Shown piece by piece: positions 44,745 to 54,562 of a stretch of DNA of 64,000 bases. A model generated the notes under the pieces. That model saw nothing but the letters and a program-made list of their open reading frames with translations. It was not told the DNA's origin and did no database searches. A program made the position numbers and the translations under genes. Every line of letters begins with the position of its first letter. Within the stretch, counting starts at the first letter, position 1. The stretch is from Candidatus Sericytochromatia bacterium (GTDB lineage Bacteria > Cyanobacteriota > Sericytochromatia > S15B-MN24 > JAQBPE01): assembly GCA_035285125.1 (NCBI GenBank), contig JAYKHR010000011.1:23653-87652 (forward strand), read 5' to 3'.

Positions 44745-45218
44745 ATGTTCTCGTCGTTCTCACCGAGGGAGGTCGTTCCCGCCCGCGCTTCGCGTCACAT
44801 GCCCTGGGAGGCCTGGGCCCAGCGGCTGGCCAGCGTGGTTGCCACCAGCTGCCGCAACCTGCGGCGGCGAGGCCGGTGGGCGCGCAGGGTCACCGTGACC
44901 CTGGTCGATGCCGATGGCTGCCAGCACCACTGCAGCACGCTGCTTCCGCGCGCCACGGACGTGCAGGCCGACATCTTGCCTGCGGCCCTCGGCCTGCTGC
45001 GGCTGCTGATCGGGGCGCGCGGCCCCGGTGAGGTGCGGCTCATCGTCGGCCTGGGCCTGCTCTCCAGGCCCAGCGGCCGGCGCCCGGGCCTGCTCACCTT
45101 GCTTCGCCGGCCAACAAGGCCTCGGGTGATGCCGGGCCGGCTGCCTGGGTCTCGCCCTCACCCCACGCCGTCAACGGCAGCCGCACGTGGAACGTGGCGC
45201 CTGCTCCAGGCTCACTGA
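44745..45218 (+). CDS. stand-alone Y-family polymerase little-finger (IMS_C-like) domain protein
   Basis: AGGAGG RBS. RLASVVATSCRNLRRRGRWARRVTVTL...STLLPRATD....ILPAALGLL...EVRLIVGLGLL resembles the DinB C-terminal domain. The tail overlaps the convergent kinase gene by 125 bp. Confidence 0.6.
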   Translation: MFSSFSPREVVPARASRHMPWEAWAQRLASVVATSCRNLRRRGRWARRVTVTLVDADGCQHHCSTLLPRATDVQADILPAALGLLRLLIGARGPGEVRLIVGLGLLSRPSGRRPGLLTLLRRPTRPRVMPGRLPGSRPHPTPSTAAARGTWRLLQAH

Positions 45219-46551
45219 CGACGCCGAACGCCCCCCCGGCCTGGGTGACCAGGGCAAAGACGTTCGACAGGCCCACGCCCGTGCCGTCCACGCGAGGCTC
45301 GCTCCGGCCGATCGCGGCCTGGGCCTCCAGCGTGAGGCCCGGCCCGGTGTCTGCGACGTAAAAGGTCACCCAGCCGTCGGACACGGCCGCCCACATGCGG
45401 ATGTGCGTGGCGGGGGGCGTGTGCTGGTGGGCGTTGCGCACCAGGTTGCCGAGGATCTGGTCCAGCTCGACGCCGGAGACCCTCAGCCGCCACGGCCCCT
45501 CAGGGGCGGTGACCTCCAGGACCTGGCCGCGCGTGGCCAGGATCGGCTCGAAGGTGGACGCCAGCGACTCGAAGACGGGGCCGATGGCCGTGCCCCCCGG
45601 GTGGCCAGGTTGCCGGTTGGCGATCCACACGAGCTTCTCGCTCAGGAACGTCGAGATGAACGTCAGCTGGCGGTCCAGCGCGGCCAGCAGCGCCTGCACG
45701 GGGGGCGAGCTCCGGGTGATGGACTCGATCTCCTCCGCGATCAGCTGCAACGCCTGGGTCGCGTTGCGCAGGTCGTGGACGATCTGCCGCACGAGGGCGC
45801 TCTGCTCCCGGGCGACGGTGGTGTGGTGGGCGGCCTCCGTCTGGCTGCGGGCGAGCGCGTCGAGCGTTCTCACCAGCTCCTGCGTCTGCTCCCGCGACTC
45901 CAGCGTCAGCCGCCGCTCGCGCCCCAGCGATTGCTCCAGCAACAGGATGATCATGCCCATCCCGATCGTCACGGTCAGCAGGGCCGAACTCACCTGCATC
46001 GGAGCAACCCAGTGGAGGTGGCTGTGGATGACGTAGGGATAGACCACGGCCTCCAGCACCCACACCACGGCCCCAACGGCCACGATGCGCCCTCCGAGCA
46101 CGCCCGAGGTGAGCACCGTCGGCCAGAACGCCCAGACCAGCAAGGCCGAGGAGGCGGCATAGCCCACGAACCCTGGCAGGAACACGAGGGCGTCAGGTCC
46201 CAGCCCGGCGAAGGTCAGGACCCCGGCGGTTGCCGTGAGGCCGCCCCAGCCAGCGAGCCGCCAGGCCGGTGACAGCGGCACCCCCCGGTACGCCAGCCCG
46301 GCCTCCGCAACCGCCAAGCTGCCTGCCGCCATGCACGCCACGACGAGCAGTCTCCCCACGGCGCTGCCCGGCCAGGCCGCCACGGCGGCCCCGAGCAACA
46401 CGGCCCCACAGCGCCAGGCCTGGCCGATCACCCACGCCCGGAAGAAGGGCTTCGGGAACCGAGACAGCACGAGGGCCGACAAGCCCGTGACCACCAGCAA
46501 CGCCAGGGAATCCGACACCAGCGCGGGCACCAACCAGTAAGTCTCGCTCAC
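45094..46551 (-). CDS. multi-TM sensor histidine kinase
   Basis: IVHDLRN H-box, NLVRNA, DTGPG, GTGVGL and GATF. About 7 N-terminal TM helices. GGAGGG with GTG start. Confidence 0.88.
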   Translation of the reverse strand: MSETYWLVPALVSDSLALLVVTGLSALVLSRFPKPFFRAWVIGQAWRCGAVLLGAAVAAWPGSAVGRLLVVACMAAGSLAVAEAGLAYRGVPLSPAWRLAGWGGLTATAGVLTFAGLGPDALVFLPGFVGYAASSALLVWAFWPTVLTSGVLGGRIVAVGAVVWVLEAVVYPYVIHSHLHWVAPMQVSSALLTVTIGMGMIILLLEQSLGRERRLTLESREQTQELVRTLDALARSQTEAAHHTTVAREQSALVRQIVHDLRNATQALQLIAEEIESITRSSPPVQALLAALDRQLTFISTFLSEKLVWIANRQPGHPGGTAIGPVFESLASTFEPILATRGQVLEVTAPEGPWRLRVSGVELDQILGNLVRNAHQHTPPATHIRMWAAVSDGWVTFYVADTGPGLTLEAQAAIGRSEPRVDGTGVGLSNVFALVTQAGGAFGVVSEPGAGATFHVRLPLTAWGEGETQAAGPASPEALLAGEAR

Positions 46552-46680
46552 GCCACCCTCCAGGCTGCCATGCCGCCATTCTAGCAGGGGCCCCGGGCAG
46601 GGACGTGACGAAACGCGCAGACAGAACGTGGTCGCCAGCTGGAAACTGAGGGAGACAGAACGTGTAGCGAGGGCCACAGC

Positions 46681-46929
46681 ATGCTTTCCACCATCTTCAC
46701 GGGCGCCGTCACCCTCCTGCTGGCGGTGGGCGCACCCCCTGCGGACGCCGCGCCTGCCGTCCCCCTCGGGGCCAGCGAGCGGTCTCAGGCCGCTGACTGG
46801 CACGCCCCGCTGGTGGGCGAGCTTCGGGCCCGCGGGGCCCGGGCCGCCGCCCGCAAGCAGCGGGCCAAGGAGCGCCGGCTGATCGGCACCGGCGAGGCCG
46901 TGGGCAGCCGCCCGGTGGCCCTGCAGTGA
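46681..46929 (+). CDS. small secreted hypothetical protein (82 aa)
   Basis: GAGGG RBS, hydrophobic signal ending ADA, and a basic C-terminal part. Confidence 0.5.
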   Translation: MLSTIFTGAVTLLLAVGAPPADAAPAVPLGASERSQAADWHAPLVGELRARGARAAARKQRAKERRLIGTGEAVGSRPVALQ

Positions 46930-46974
46930 GCCGGCGTCGCCTCTCCGGAGCGCCCGCTCCCTTCTACCGGCCGA

Positions 46975-48165
46975 TCACGGCCCTGCCGCTGCGTCGCTCC
47001 CGCCGCCGCACGGGCCTGCCCCCCCGGCGTCCGGGCCCGGCGGGCGCCTGACGGCCTCCTCCAGCCAGGGGCGCCAGGCCTCTGACAGCACGCGCCACGC
47101 CAGCCGGGTTTCGGCGAACGCCAGCCCCGCCCCGGCCAGGCGGGCCCTGGCAGCCTCGTCGCGCACGAGGTCCGCGACGGCTGTGGCGAACGCGCCGGCG
47201 TCTCCCGGTGGCACGAGCCGCATGACGTCAGGGCGATCCCACGTCGGGTCGGTGTAGGGGCCTCGGGTCGACACCACCGCGAGGCCGCAGGCCAGCGCGT
47301 TGGTGAGGGAGCTGCGGCGCCCCGAGGCGCCGTCCAGGAACGGCAGGAGGGCCATGTCCGCCGCGGAGAGCGCCTCCCGGGCGTCCCGCTCCGCCAGCTG
47401 GCCGAGCGCCAGCACCCGCGGGTGGGCCACGGGGGCCGTGCCGCCGATGCACACCAGTCGCCCGGCCAGCCCCTCGGCGTCGAGCCTTGCCAGCGCTGCC
47501 TCGAGGGCTGCGCGATCCTTGCTCGGGTGGGGGCCGCCCTGGAACACCAGCACGACCTCGTCCGCGCGCCAGCCGTGCGCGCGGCGCCAGCCGGCGCGGT
47601 CCACGCCTGCGAGGGGCGGGAGGTTGGGGCCCACGGGCAGGGTCGCGAAGCGGGCCGCAAGGGCGGGGAACCTGCGCCGCATCGCGGCCTCGCGGGCGGC
47701 CACGGTGAACACCACGCGCCGGCTGGCGTGCAGGAGCGGCCAGAGCGCCAGCCGCTGCACGAGCCCGGCCGGCAGGTGGCGCACGCCCTCGTGCCAGCCG
47801 AAGTGGAGCTCATGGGCCGTGGTCAGGAGGGGCCACCCCCGCTGCGCGATGGCGCGGGCTGCGAGCGCGATGCCGAGGCTGAAGCCCCGGCGCTCGTAGA
47901 GCTGGGGGACGTACTGGAGGACCACGAGGTCGGGGGCCACGGCCTCGAGGGCGGCGGGCAGGTGGTGAACCGCGCGGAGCCCCCAGGCCTCGCAAGGGGC
48001 TGCGAGGCTGAAGCCGGCTGGGGCAGCCCCCGGCCCCGTGATGGCGACGACCTCGTGGCCGAGGTGGGTGGCGACCGCCTCTGCCCAGCGCGCCGCGTGG
48101 TCGGCCACGCCGCCAGGGTGGGGCGGCAACGCGGGACACACGAGCGCGATCCGCAGGGCGCTCAC
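46975..48165 (-). CDS. glycosyltransferase family 4 (GT-B)
   Basis: RIALV, GGVADH, LQYVP, TAHE, LPF.DG.S.RRSSL.NALACG. GTGA overlap with the upstream gene. Confidence 0.85.
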   Translation of the reverse strand: MSALRIALVCPALPPHPGGVADHAARWAEAVATHLGHEVVAITGPGAAPAGFSLAAPCEAWGLRAVHHLPAALEAVAPDLVVLQYVPQLYERRGFSLGIALAARAIAQRGWPLLTTAHELHFGWHEGVRHLPAGLVQRLALWPLLHASRRVVFTVAAREAAMRRRFPALAARFATLPVGPNLPPLAGVDRAGWRRAHGWRADEVVLVFQGGPHPSKDRAALEAALARLDAEGLAGRLVCIGGTAPVAHPRVLALGQLAERDAREALSAADMALLPFLDGASGRRSSLTNALACGLAVVSTRGPYTDPTWDRPDVMRLVPPGDAGAFATAVADLVRDEAARARLAGAGLAFAETRLAWRVLSEAWRPWLEEAVRRPPGPDAGGAGPCGGGSDAAAGP

Positions 48166-49346
48166 GCGTCCCCCAGCCAGCCCGGGAGCCCCTCGTCCGG
48201 GCCCGCGCCTTGGCTCGCCACCAGGCTCTCCAGCAGCTGCCTGAAGCGGTACGCGAGGGCCTCGTGCGCGAACTGCTGCACCACCTCCCGTCGCCCGCGC
48301 TCTCGCAGGCGCAGCACCAGCTCGGGGTCCGTCTGCAGCTGCGCCATGGCCCGGGCGAGCGGCTCGGCCTGCCCCTCCGGAACGACCAACCCGCCGCCCA
48401 CGCGGCCTATGAGGTGCGGGATTTCCCCGCTGTCCGAGCCGATGACCGGGGTCCCGCAGGCCGCCGCCTCGATGATCACCCGGCCGAACTGCTCCTTCCA
48501 GCCAGGCCGCGTCAGGGAGGGCAGCACGAGCGCGTCCAGGGCGCTCAGGTAGCGGGGCACCTCCCGGTGGGGCACCACGGGCAGCCACCGGACCCGGCCG
48601 GCCAGCGGCGGGGCCGCGAGGCGCCGCTGCAGCTCGTCGCGCAGCGGGCCGTCCCCGAGCACCACCAGCGTGGCGTCGCTCTCGGGGTGCAGCCGGGCGA
48701 AGGCGTCGAGCAACACGCGCAGCCCCTTCTCCTCGACGAGGCGCCCCACGTACCCAAAGGCAAAGGAGGGCGAGCCCCAGGCCGCCCGGAGGTCCCCTGC
48801 CTCCAGCGGCTGGTGGAGGTCCGGGTCCAGCCCGTAGGGCATGTAGGCCATCCGCCCGCGGTAGCCCTTGGCCCGCAGCACCTGTCCGGCCTCGGCGTTG
48901 ATCAGGTTGGCGCAGGCGGCCTGCCCCAGCACGAACCGCTCGGCCTGCCGGAACGGCCAGGGGAGGTGCTTGGCGAGGTTCTGGTTGTTCCGGAACAGGA
49001 ACGGCCGCCGCACGGACAGGCGGTTGGCGAGCGCGGCCTGGAAGGTCGAGAGCGCGTAGGACTCGTTCTCGCAGTACACAACGTCCGGCTGAAACAGGTA
49101 GAGCCAGCGCCGCAGGTCCGTGCGGTAGGTGTGCAGGGGCACGCTGCCGGAGCCCCGGACGGGGACAGGCTGCACCATCGCGTGCAGGCCGTCCCACCGC
49201 CCCGGGCGCAGCACCTGGCCTGAGAGGTCGTCGCGCCAGGCCTCGGGCACGATCAGCTGCAGCACCACGCCCTGCGCCTCCAGCGCCGCGAACAGCTGCT
49301 GGTTGGTGTCGACGACGCAGGAATGGGACAGGACGCTGAGGCGCAT
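48162..49346 (-). CDS. glycosyltransferase family 4 (GT-B)
   Basis: GYVGRLVEEKG, LPS...WKEQFGRVIIEAAACGTPVIGS. Confidence 0.92.
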   Translation of the reverse strand: MRLSVLSHSCVVDTNQQLFAALEAQGVVLQLIVPEAWRDDLSGQVLRPGRWDGLHAMVQPVPVRGSGSVPLHTYRTDLRRWLYLFQPDVVYCENESYALSTFQAALANRLSVRRPFLFRNNQNLAKHLPWPFRQAERFVLGQAACANLINAEAGQVLRAKGYRGRMAYMPYGLDPDLHQPLEAGDLRAAWGSPSFAFGYVGRLVEEKGLRVLLDAFARLHPESDATLVVLGDGPLRDELQRRLAAPPLAGRVRWLPVVPHREVPRYLSALDALVLPSLTRPGWKEQFGRVIIEAAACGTPVIGSDSGEIPHLIGRVGGGLVVPEGQAEPLARAMAQLQTDPELVLRLRERGRREVVQQFAHEALAYRFRQLLESLVASQGAGPDEGLPGWLGDA

Positions 49347-49479
49347 GCGGCTGCCCCGTTATACCACCCCAGGCGGGGCCTTCGATCGTGCCGCTCGGGC
49401 CCCGCGTGTCGTAGAATGGAAGCAGGCGTGGGCCGAGGCCCTGCCGTGTCCCCCTGCCCCAGCCTGCCCCGGGGAGCCC

Positions 49480-50373
49480 GTGTCAGCCCTCATCCCTCGC
49501 ATCGAGCCCGTGGTCTTCAACCGGCCGTCCTCGCTCGCCCTCTCGGTGATCGTGGCCTTGCCGGTGCTCGGGCCTGCGCTCGGGCGGCTGCTGCACGCCC
49601 TGCGGGAGGCGCGCATCACGCTGCCCTACGAGGTCGTGGTGGTGGTGGCCTGCGAGGACGGCGCCGCGTTGGCGAGCGTTCGGGCCGAGTTTCCCCTCGT
49701 CTTGCTGTACCGGGCCCAACCTGGCACGGAGCTCGGGGCGCTGTACGACCTCGGCGTGCGCGCGGCCGGCGGCCGGCACCTGCTGCTGATGGACGGCACC
49801 GTCGTGCCGTCTGCCGCCACCATCACGGAGCTGCATCGCTTCGCGGAGGGGGGGCAGTTCATCGGCGCCGTGGTGCCCCGCTACCTGCGGCTCGATGGCT
49901 CCGATGCCCCGTCGACTCGGGCCTTCCCCGCCCCGCTCGCGGCCCTGCTGGGGGCGCTACAGCCCGCCGCAAGGCTGCAATATGCCTTCAACCGCCTCGT
50001 CACCACGCCGCGCGAGGTCGATGCGGCGGAGGGCGGCTGCGTGCTGGTGCGCCGCGCTGCGGTGCTGGATGTGGGGGGGCTTGCCGCCGGCTACCCGCCC
50101 GGCGGCGAGGTGTGGGACTGGTGTAAGCGCGCGCGGATGAAGGGTTGGGCCATCTTCTTGCACCCCGGCACGCACGTGAGCCTGACGCAGCCATCCGACC
50201 CTGAAGCGGGGCTGGAGGTGCGAGGCAGCATCCGCCGCTTCGTCTACCGGTTCCATGGTTGGTTGCTGGCCGCGCCGATCGCCCTGCTGATGCTGCCGAC
50301 CGACGTGCGCGATCGGCACCGCCGCCGCCGCCGGGCGCGGCTGGCGCGGATCAGCTTGCAGGCCAAGGCATGA
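49480..50373 (+). CDS. glycosyltransferase family 2-like protein with degenerate motifs
   Basis: GT-A-like layout (LSVIV, YEVVVV, EVDAAEGGCVLVRR, DWCKRA...GW) but without the DNAS and NPD motifs. GGGGAG with GTG start. Confidence 0.65.
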   Translation: MSALIPRIEPVVFNRPSSLALSVIVALPVLGPALGRLLHALREARITLPYEVVVVVACEDGAALASVRAEFPLVLLYRAQPGTELGALYDLGVRAAGGRHLLLMDGTVVPSAATITELHRFAEGGQFIGAVVPRYLRLDGSDAPSTRAFPAPLAALLGALQPAARLQYAFNRLVTTPREVDAAEGGCVLVRRAAVLDVGGLAAGYPPGGEVWDWCKRARMKGWAIFLHPGTHVSLTQPSDPEAGLEVRGSIRRFVYRFHGWLLAAPIALLMLPTDVRDRHRRRRRARLARISLQAKA

Positions 50374-51001
50374 GGCGCGCCGCCTTGCCAGCCGGCACCA
50401 CGGGGGCCACGGCCTCCACGAGCTGAGCACGGCCCTCGGCCGGCGTCAGGGGGGTGCGGGCGTACCCCGTGCGGGAGATCCAGTGCTCCCAGCCTTCCAG
50501 CGCCCGGGTCTGGGCGCCGCGCTCCGTGACGATGTCCTCGCTGAACACGATCAGGCGAGCCTCGAGCAGCTTGGCTGCCCGCGCCAGGTCCCTGGCCGCC
50601 CAGTCGGCGTGGAGCATCTGGTCGAGGCGGATGCGCCCCTGCGCCCCGATCCGGGCGAGCAGCCACTTGCTCTCGGGGCTGAGCTTGGCCTGCTGCCAGG
50701 GCTCCCCGGCCATCGCCACAGCCAGCAGGGCAGGCCACAGGCGCTCCTGAACGTAGGTGAGCTTGCCGCCCACCAGCTTGACGATCATCACGTCGGGGCG
50801 CCGCTGCAACTCGTCAGCCAGCGCATAGATGGTCTTGCCCGCAGGGTGCCCCCACCACGAGCCGCGGATCGGCTCGCCGGCCACCAGGGTGGCCAGGCAG
50901 GGCAAGGCTGGGTCAGCCACGAGCAGCCAGCCCTGCTCGGTGAGCGTGTTGTATGCCTGGTCGATGAGCGAACGGGTCACCACGGTCAAACCTCGTGTCA
51001 A
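50351..51001 (-). CDS. conserved hypothetical protein, possibly winged-helix/AlkZ-related
   Basis: GEPIRGSWWGHP, KLVGGKLTYV..RLWPAL and a helix-turn-helix-like C-terminal half. Start uncertain. Confidence 0.65.
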   Translation of the reverse strand: MTRGLTVVTRSLIDQAYNTLTEQGWLLVADPALPCLATLVAGEPIRGSWWGHPAGKTIYALADELQRRPDVMIVKLVGGKLTYVQERLWPALLAVAMAGEPWQQAKLSPESKWLLARIGAQGRIRLDQMLHADWAARDLARAAKLLEARLIVFSEDIVTERGAQTRALEGWEHWISRTGYARTPLTPAEGRAQLVEAVAPVVPAGKAARLMPWPAS

Positions 51002-51157
51002 TAGAGGGATTCAAACACGAAGCCGCGCATTTCGCTACCGTGGGGCACGCGCGGCGGCCCCGCTGGCTTGCTGAGAACCTCGCGCCGCTCGCGGCCCTGC
51101 GCGGTCCTGCGCGGCGATGCGCTGCGTCGCCCCCGCCCGGTTGCCCGCGGCCGATCG

Positions 51158-52354
51158 TCAGGCCAGCGCCTCATCGTAGACGCCCCGAAGCGCCGCCTGG
51201 CAGGCCCCGATCTCGTGTTGCGTCAGGAAGGCGTTCCGGCCAGCTGCGCCGAGGCGGGCGCGCAGCGTGGCGTCCTCCAGCAAGCGGGCCATGGCCGCGG
51301 CCAGCTGCGCCGGGTCGTCGGGCGGCACCAGCAGGCCCGTGACCTCGTCCTCCACAAGCTCCTGCAGGGCCGAGATGCGAGTCGCGATCACGGGGAGGCC
51401 GAAGCCCATCGCCTCCACCGCGGCCATCCCGTAGCCCTCGGCGCGGGAGGGCAGCACGAAGACGTCCGTGGCGGGGTAGATGTCGCGGTAGATGGCCTCG
51501 CGAGACAGCTGAGGGTGGATCGTGACGCCTGCGGGGTCGATCCCGAGGTCCTCGGGGGCCACGGCGCTCACCAGCGTGAGGCGGGCCTCCGGGTGGCTGC
51601 GGCGCACGCGGTCGAAGGCCTCGAGCAACGCGCGGCCCCCTTTGCGCCACAGCTGGTGTCCCACCAGCGTGAAGCGGCACACACACGGGTCCCGACCCGC
51701 CCCGAGCACCTCGTCCGCCGGGGCGTCGAGGCCGATGCGGATCACCCGGAGCTTGGCCTCCGGCACGCCTGCGGCGCGGTGCAGCGCCCATGCATACCGG
51801 GAAGGCACCACCACGGCAGCGGCCTCCCGCGTGCTGTAGAGGTCGTGCAGCACGCCGAGGCGGCGCAACAGCCACGTGTCCCGTCGCGCGAGCCGGGCGT
51901 GAAGGTCGGGCGGCAAGTGGTAGTAGTTCGCGATCAGGTCCGTGTTGCCCGTGCCGACGTGAAGCACGACAGGGGGACGCCCCCTGGCCGGGCCGAGCTG
52001 GACGGGGTAGTCCCAGGCGTGGACGAGGTCGAAACCGTGGCCTGGCCGCAGCCCGAGCCACTGGATGTCCTCGTCGGGGCGGTCCGGCAGGAGTTTCCCC
52101 AGCAGCCTGTAGGGCAGCGGCGGCAGGGGACCCCATGCGTAAGGCACGCCCGCAGGCGGGCGCGAGTGCATCACGAGCGAGGCGAGCCAGGCCCGCCCCC
52201 AGTGCGCCCGGCAGATCCGGCCCTGCTCCAATGCCGCCGCATGGTGTGTGTAGCGCACGCCCGCAGGGGGGTGCGCCAGCAGGAGGCGGGTGACGATGTC
52301 GTCACCACAGACCTGCGGGCGCGCCCGGTCCGGGCCTACGAGCAGGACCTCCAC
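51158..52354 (-). CDS. glycosyltransferase family 4 (GT-B)
   Basis: RKGG, DVFVLPSRAEGYGMAAVEAMGFGLPVI and TGLLVPP.D. Confidence 0.9.
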   Translation of the reverse strand: MEVLLVGPDRARPQVCGDDIVTRLLLAHPPAGVRYTHHAAALEQGRICRAHWGRAWLASLVMHSRPPAGVPYAWGPLPPLPYRLLGKLLPDRPDEDIQWLGLRPGHGFDLVHAWDYPVQLGPARGRPPVVLHVGTGNTDLIANYYHLPPDLHARLARRDTWLLRRLGVLHDLYSTREAAAVVVPSRYAWALHRAAGVPEAKLRVIRIGLDAPADEVLGAGRDPCVCRFTLVGHQLWRKGGRALLEAFDRVRRSHPEARLTLVSAVAPEDLGIDPAGVTIHPQLSREAIYRDIYPATDVFVLPSRAEGYGMAAVEAMGFGLPVIATRISALQELVEDEVTGLLVPPDDPAQLAAAMARLLEDATLRARLGAAGRNAFLTQHEIGACQAALRGVYDEALA

Positions 52355-52357
52355 GGC

Positions 52358-54562
52358 TCAGGCCGTGCCAGCCTCCGAGGCCTCCTCGTCGGCGGCCTTC
52401 TTCTTGGCCACGAAGCTGGTGTGGCCGCACTCCTTCACGGAGCACTTGAGGTAGGTGCGGCCCGTCTTCATCCGCTTGAGCACCATGACGCTCTGGCACT
52501 TCTCGCACCGCTGCTCCGTGGGCAGGTCCCACGTCGTGAAGTTGCAGTCGGGCCAGCGCTGGCAGCCGTAGAACGTCTTGCCCATCCGGGAACGCTTCTC
52601 GATCACGTCGCCTTCCGTGCACGTGGGGCACTTCATGCCGATCTTCTTGAAGTACGGCTTCTTGCTCGTGCACTCGGGGTAGCCGGAGCAGGCCAGGAAG
52701 TCACCGTAGCGTCCGCTCTTGATGACGTACTCCTTGCCGCAGACCTCGCACATCTCCCCTGACGGGATGGAAATGGCCTCCATCTCGGCCGTCGCCTTCT
52801 TCAGCGTCTCCTTGAACGGGGTGTAGAACTTGTCGATCAGTGTCTGCCAGGGCTCTCCGCCCGCCTCGACGCCGTCGAGCTTCGACTCCATCTCTGCCGT
52901 GAACTTCACGTCGACGATGTCCGGGAAGTGCTGCACCAGCTGCGAGTTGACGGCGAGCCCGAGGTCGGTGGGCTGCAGGGCCCGGCCCTCCTTCACCACG
53001 TAGCCTCGGTCCTGGATGGTGGCGATGGTCGGCGCGTAAGTCGACGGCCGGCCGATGCCCTCCGCCTCCATCGCCTTGACGAGGCTCGCCTCGGTGAAGC
53101 GCGGCGGCGGCTGCGTGAAGTGCTGGCGGGGCAGGACGTCCTTCAGGGCGAGCGCCTCCCCCTCGACCAGGTCGGGCAGCTTGCTCACGGGCGCGGCCTC
53201 CGGCGGGGCCTCCTCGTCCTCCGAGAGCTCCTCGTAGACCTTCTGGTAGCCCGCGAAGACCACCTTGGTGTCCGACACGCGGAGCGTGCCCTCGCCCGCC
53301 TCGATGTCGATCGAGAGCGTGGACAGCTGGGCGTTGGCCATCTGCGAGGCCATGAATCGCTGCCAGATCAGGCTGTAGAGCTTCCACTGCTCAGGCCGCA
53401 GCACCTTCTTCATCGACTCCGGCGTGCGCGTGACGCTGGTCGGCCGGATGGCTTCGTGGGCGTCCTGGGCCCCCTTCTTCGTCTTGAAGGCCCGCTTCTC
53501 AGTGGGCACGTAATCGGCCCCCCAGGTGGCCTTCACCCAGGCCTCGGCCTCCTCCTGCGCCTCCTTGGCGACGCGCGTGGAGTCCGTTCGCATGTAGGTG
53601 ATGAGGCCCACGGGGCCCTCGGCCCCGAGCTCGATGCCCTCGTACAGCTGCTGGGCCAGCGCCATCGTGCGCTTCACGGTGAAGCCGAAGCGGCGGCTGC
53701 CTTCCTGCTGCAGCGTGGAGGTGATGAACGGTGGGGCGGGCTGCCGCTTGCTCTCGCGCGTCGCGATCTTGGCGACCTTCGGGGTGCTGGCCTCGAGGGC
53801 GGCGACGATCTGCTGGGCCAGCTTGCCGTCCCCGATGACGAGTTCCTTGCCCTTGTCTGCAACCTTCTCGCCCTCGGCGGCAGGCTCCTTGGCGCCTCCC
53901 CCGATGCGCTTGCCTTGCCAGCGCACAAGCTCCGTGGCGAAGGCGGCCTTGCCCTTCTTGAGCTCGACGCCGATCGACCAGTATTCCTGCGGGACGAAGG
54001 CCAGCACCTCGCGCTCGCGGTCGCAGATCAGGCGCACGGCGACGGACTGCACCCGTCCGGCCGACAGCCCGCGCTTCACCTTGACCCACAGCAGCGGGGA
54101 GATCTTGTAGCCCACGAGGCGGTCGAGCACGCGCCGGGCCTGCTGGGCGTCCACGCGCGGCTGGTCGATGTCACGGGGCTTCTTGATGGCCCGCTCGATG
54201 GCGTCCCGGGTGATCTCGTTGAACTCGATGCGCTTGACCTTGGCACCCTTCTCGGCCGCCGTGTCGGCCAGGATGTTCGCCAGGTGCCACGCGATGGCCT
54301 CGCCCTCGCGGTCCGGGTCAGGCGCCAGGTAGATGGTCTTGGCCTTCTCGGCCGCCTCGCAGAGCTCCTTGACCTTGTCGAGCTTGTCCGGCAGCACCTC
54401 GTACTTGGGCGCGTAGTTCTTGCGGACGTCGACGCCGATGCCCTTCTTGGGCAGGTCCCGAACGTGGCCGGCCGAGGCCTTCACGGAGAAGTCCTTGCCG
54501 AGGATCTTCTCGATGGTCTTCGCCTTGGCGGGAGACTCCACAATCACGAGGTTTTTGGCCAT
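52358..54562 (-). CDS. topA: DNA topoisomerase I
   Basis: LVIVESPAKAKTI, DPDREGE, SAGRVQS, ITYMRTDS, GIGRPSTY and three C-terminal Zn-ribbon repeats. Confidence 0.98.
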   Translation of the reverse strand: MAKNLVIVESPAKAKTIEKILGKDFSVKASAGHVRDLPKKGIGVDVRKNYAPKYEVLPDKLDKVKELCEAAEKAKTIYLAPDPDREGEAIAWHLANILADTAAEKGAKVKRIEFNEITRDAIERAIKKPRDIDQPRVDAQQARRVLDRLVGYKISPLLWVKVKRGLSAGRVQSVAVRLICDREREVLAFVPQEYWSIGVELKKGKAAFATELVRWQGKRIGGGAKEPAAEGEKVADKGKELVIGDGKLAQQIVAALEASTPKVAKIATRESKRQPAPPFITSTLQQEGSRRFGFTVKRTMALAQQLYEGIELGAEGPVGLITYMRTDSTRVAKEAQEEAEAWVKATWGADYVPTEKRAFKTKKGAQDAHEAIRPTSVTRTPESMKKVLRPEQWKLYSLIWQRFMASQMANAQLSTLSIDIEAGEGTLRVSDTKVVFAGYQKVYEELSEDEEAPPEAAPVSKLPDLVEGEALALKDVLPRQHFTQPPPRFTEASLVKAMEAEGIGRPSTYAPTIATIQDRGYVVKEGRALQPTDLGLAVNSQLVQHFPDIVDVKFTAEMESKLDGVEAGGEPWQTLIDKFYTPFKETLKKATAEMEAISIPSGEMCEVCGKEYVIKSGRYGDFLACSGYPECTSKKPYFKKIGMKCPTCTEGDVIEKRSRMGKTFYGCQRWPDCNFTTWDLPTEQRCEKCQSVMVLKRMKTGRTYLKCSVKECGHTSFVAKKKAADEEASEAGTA

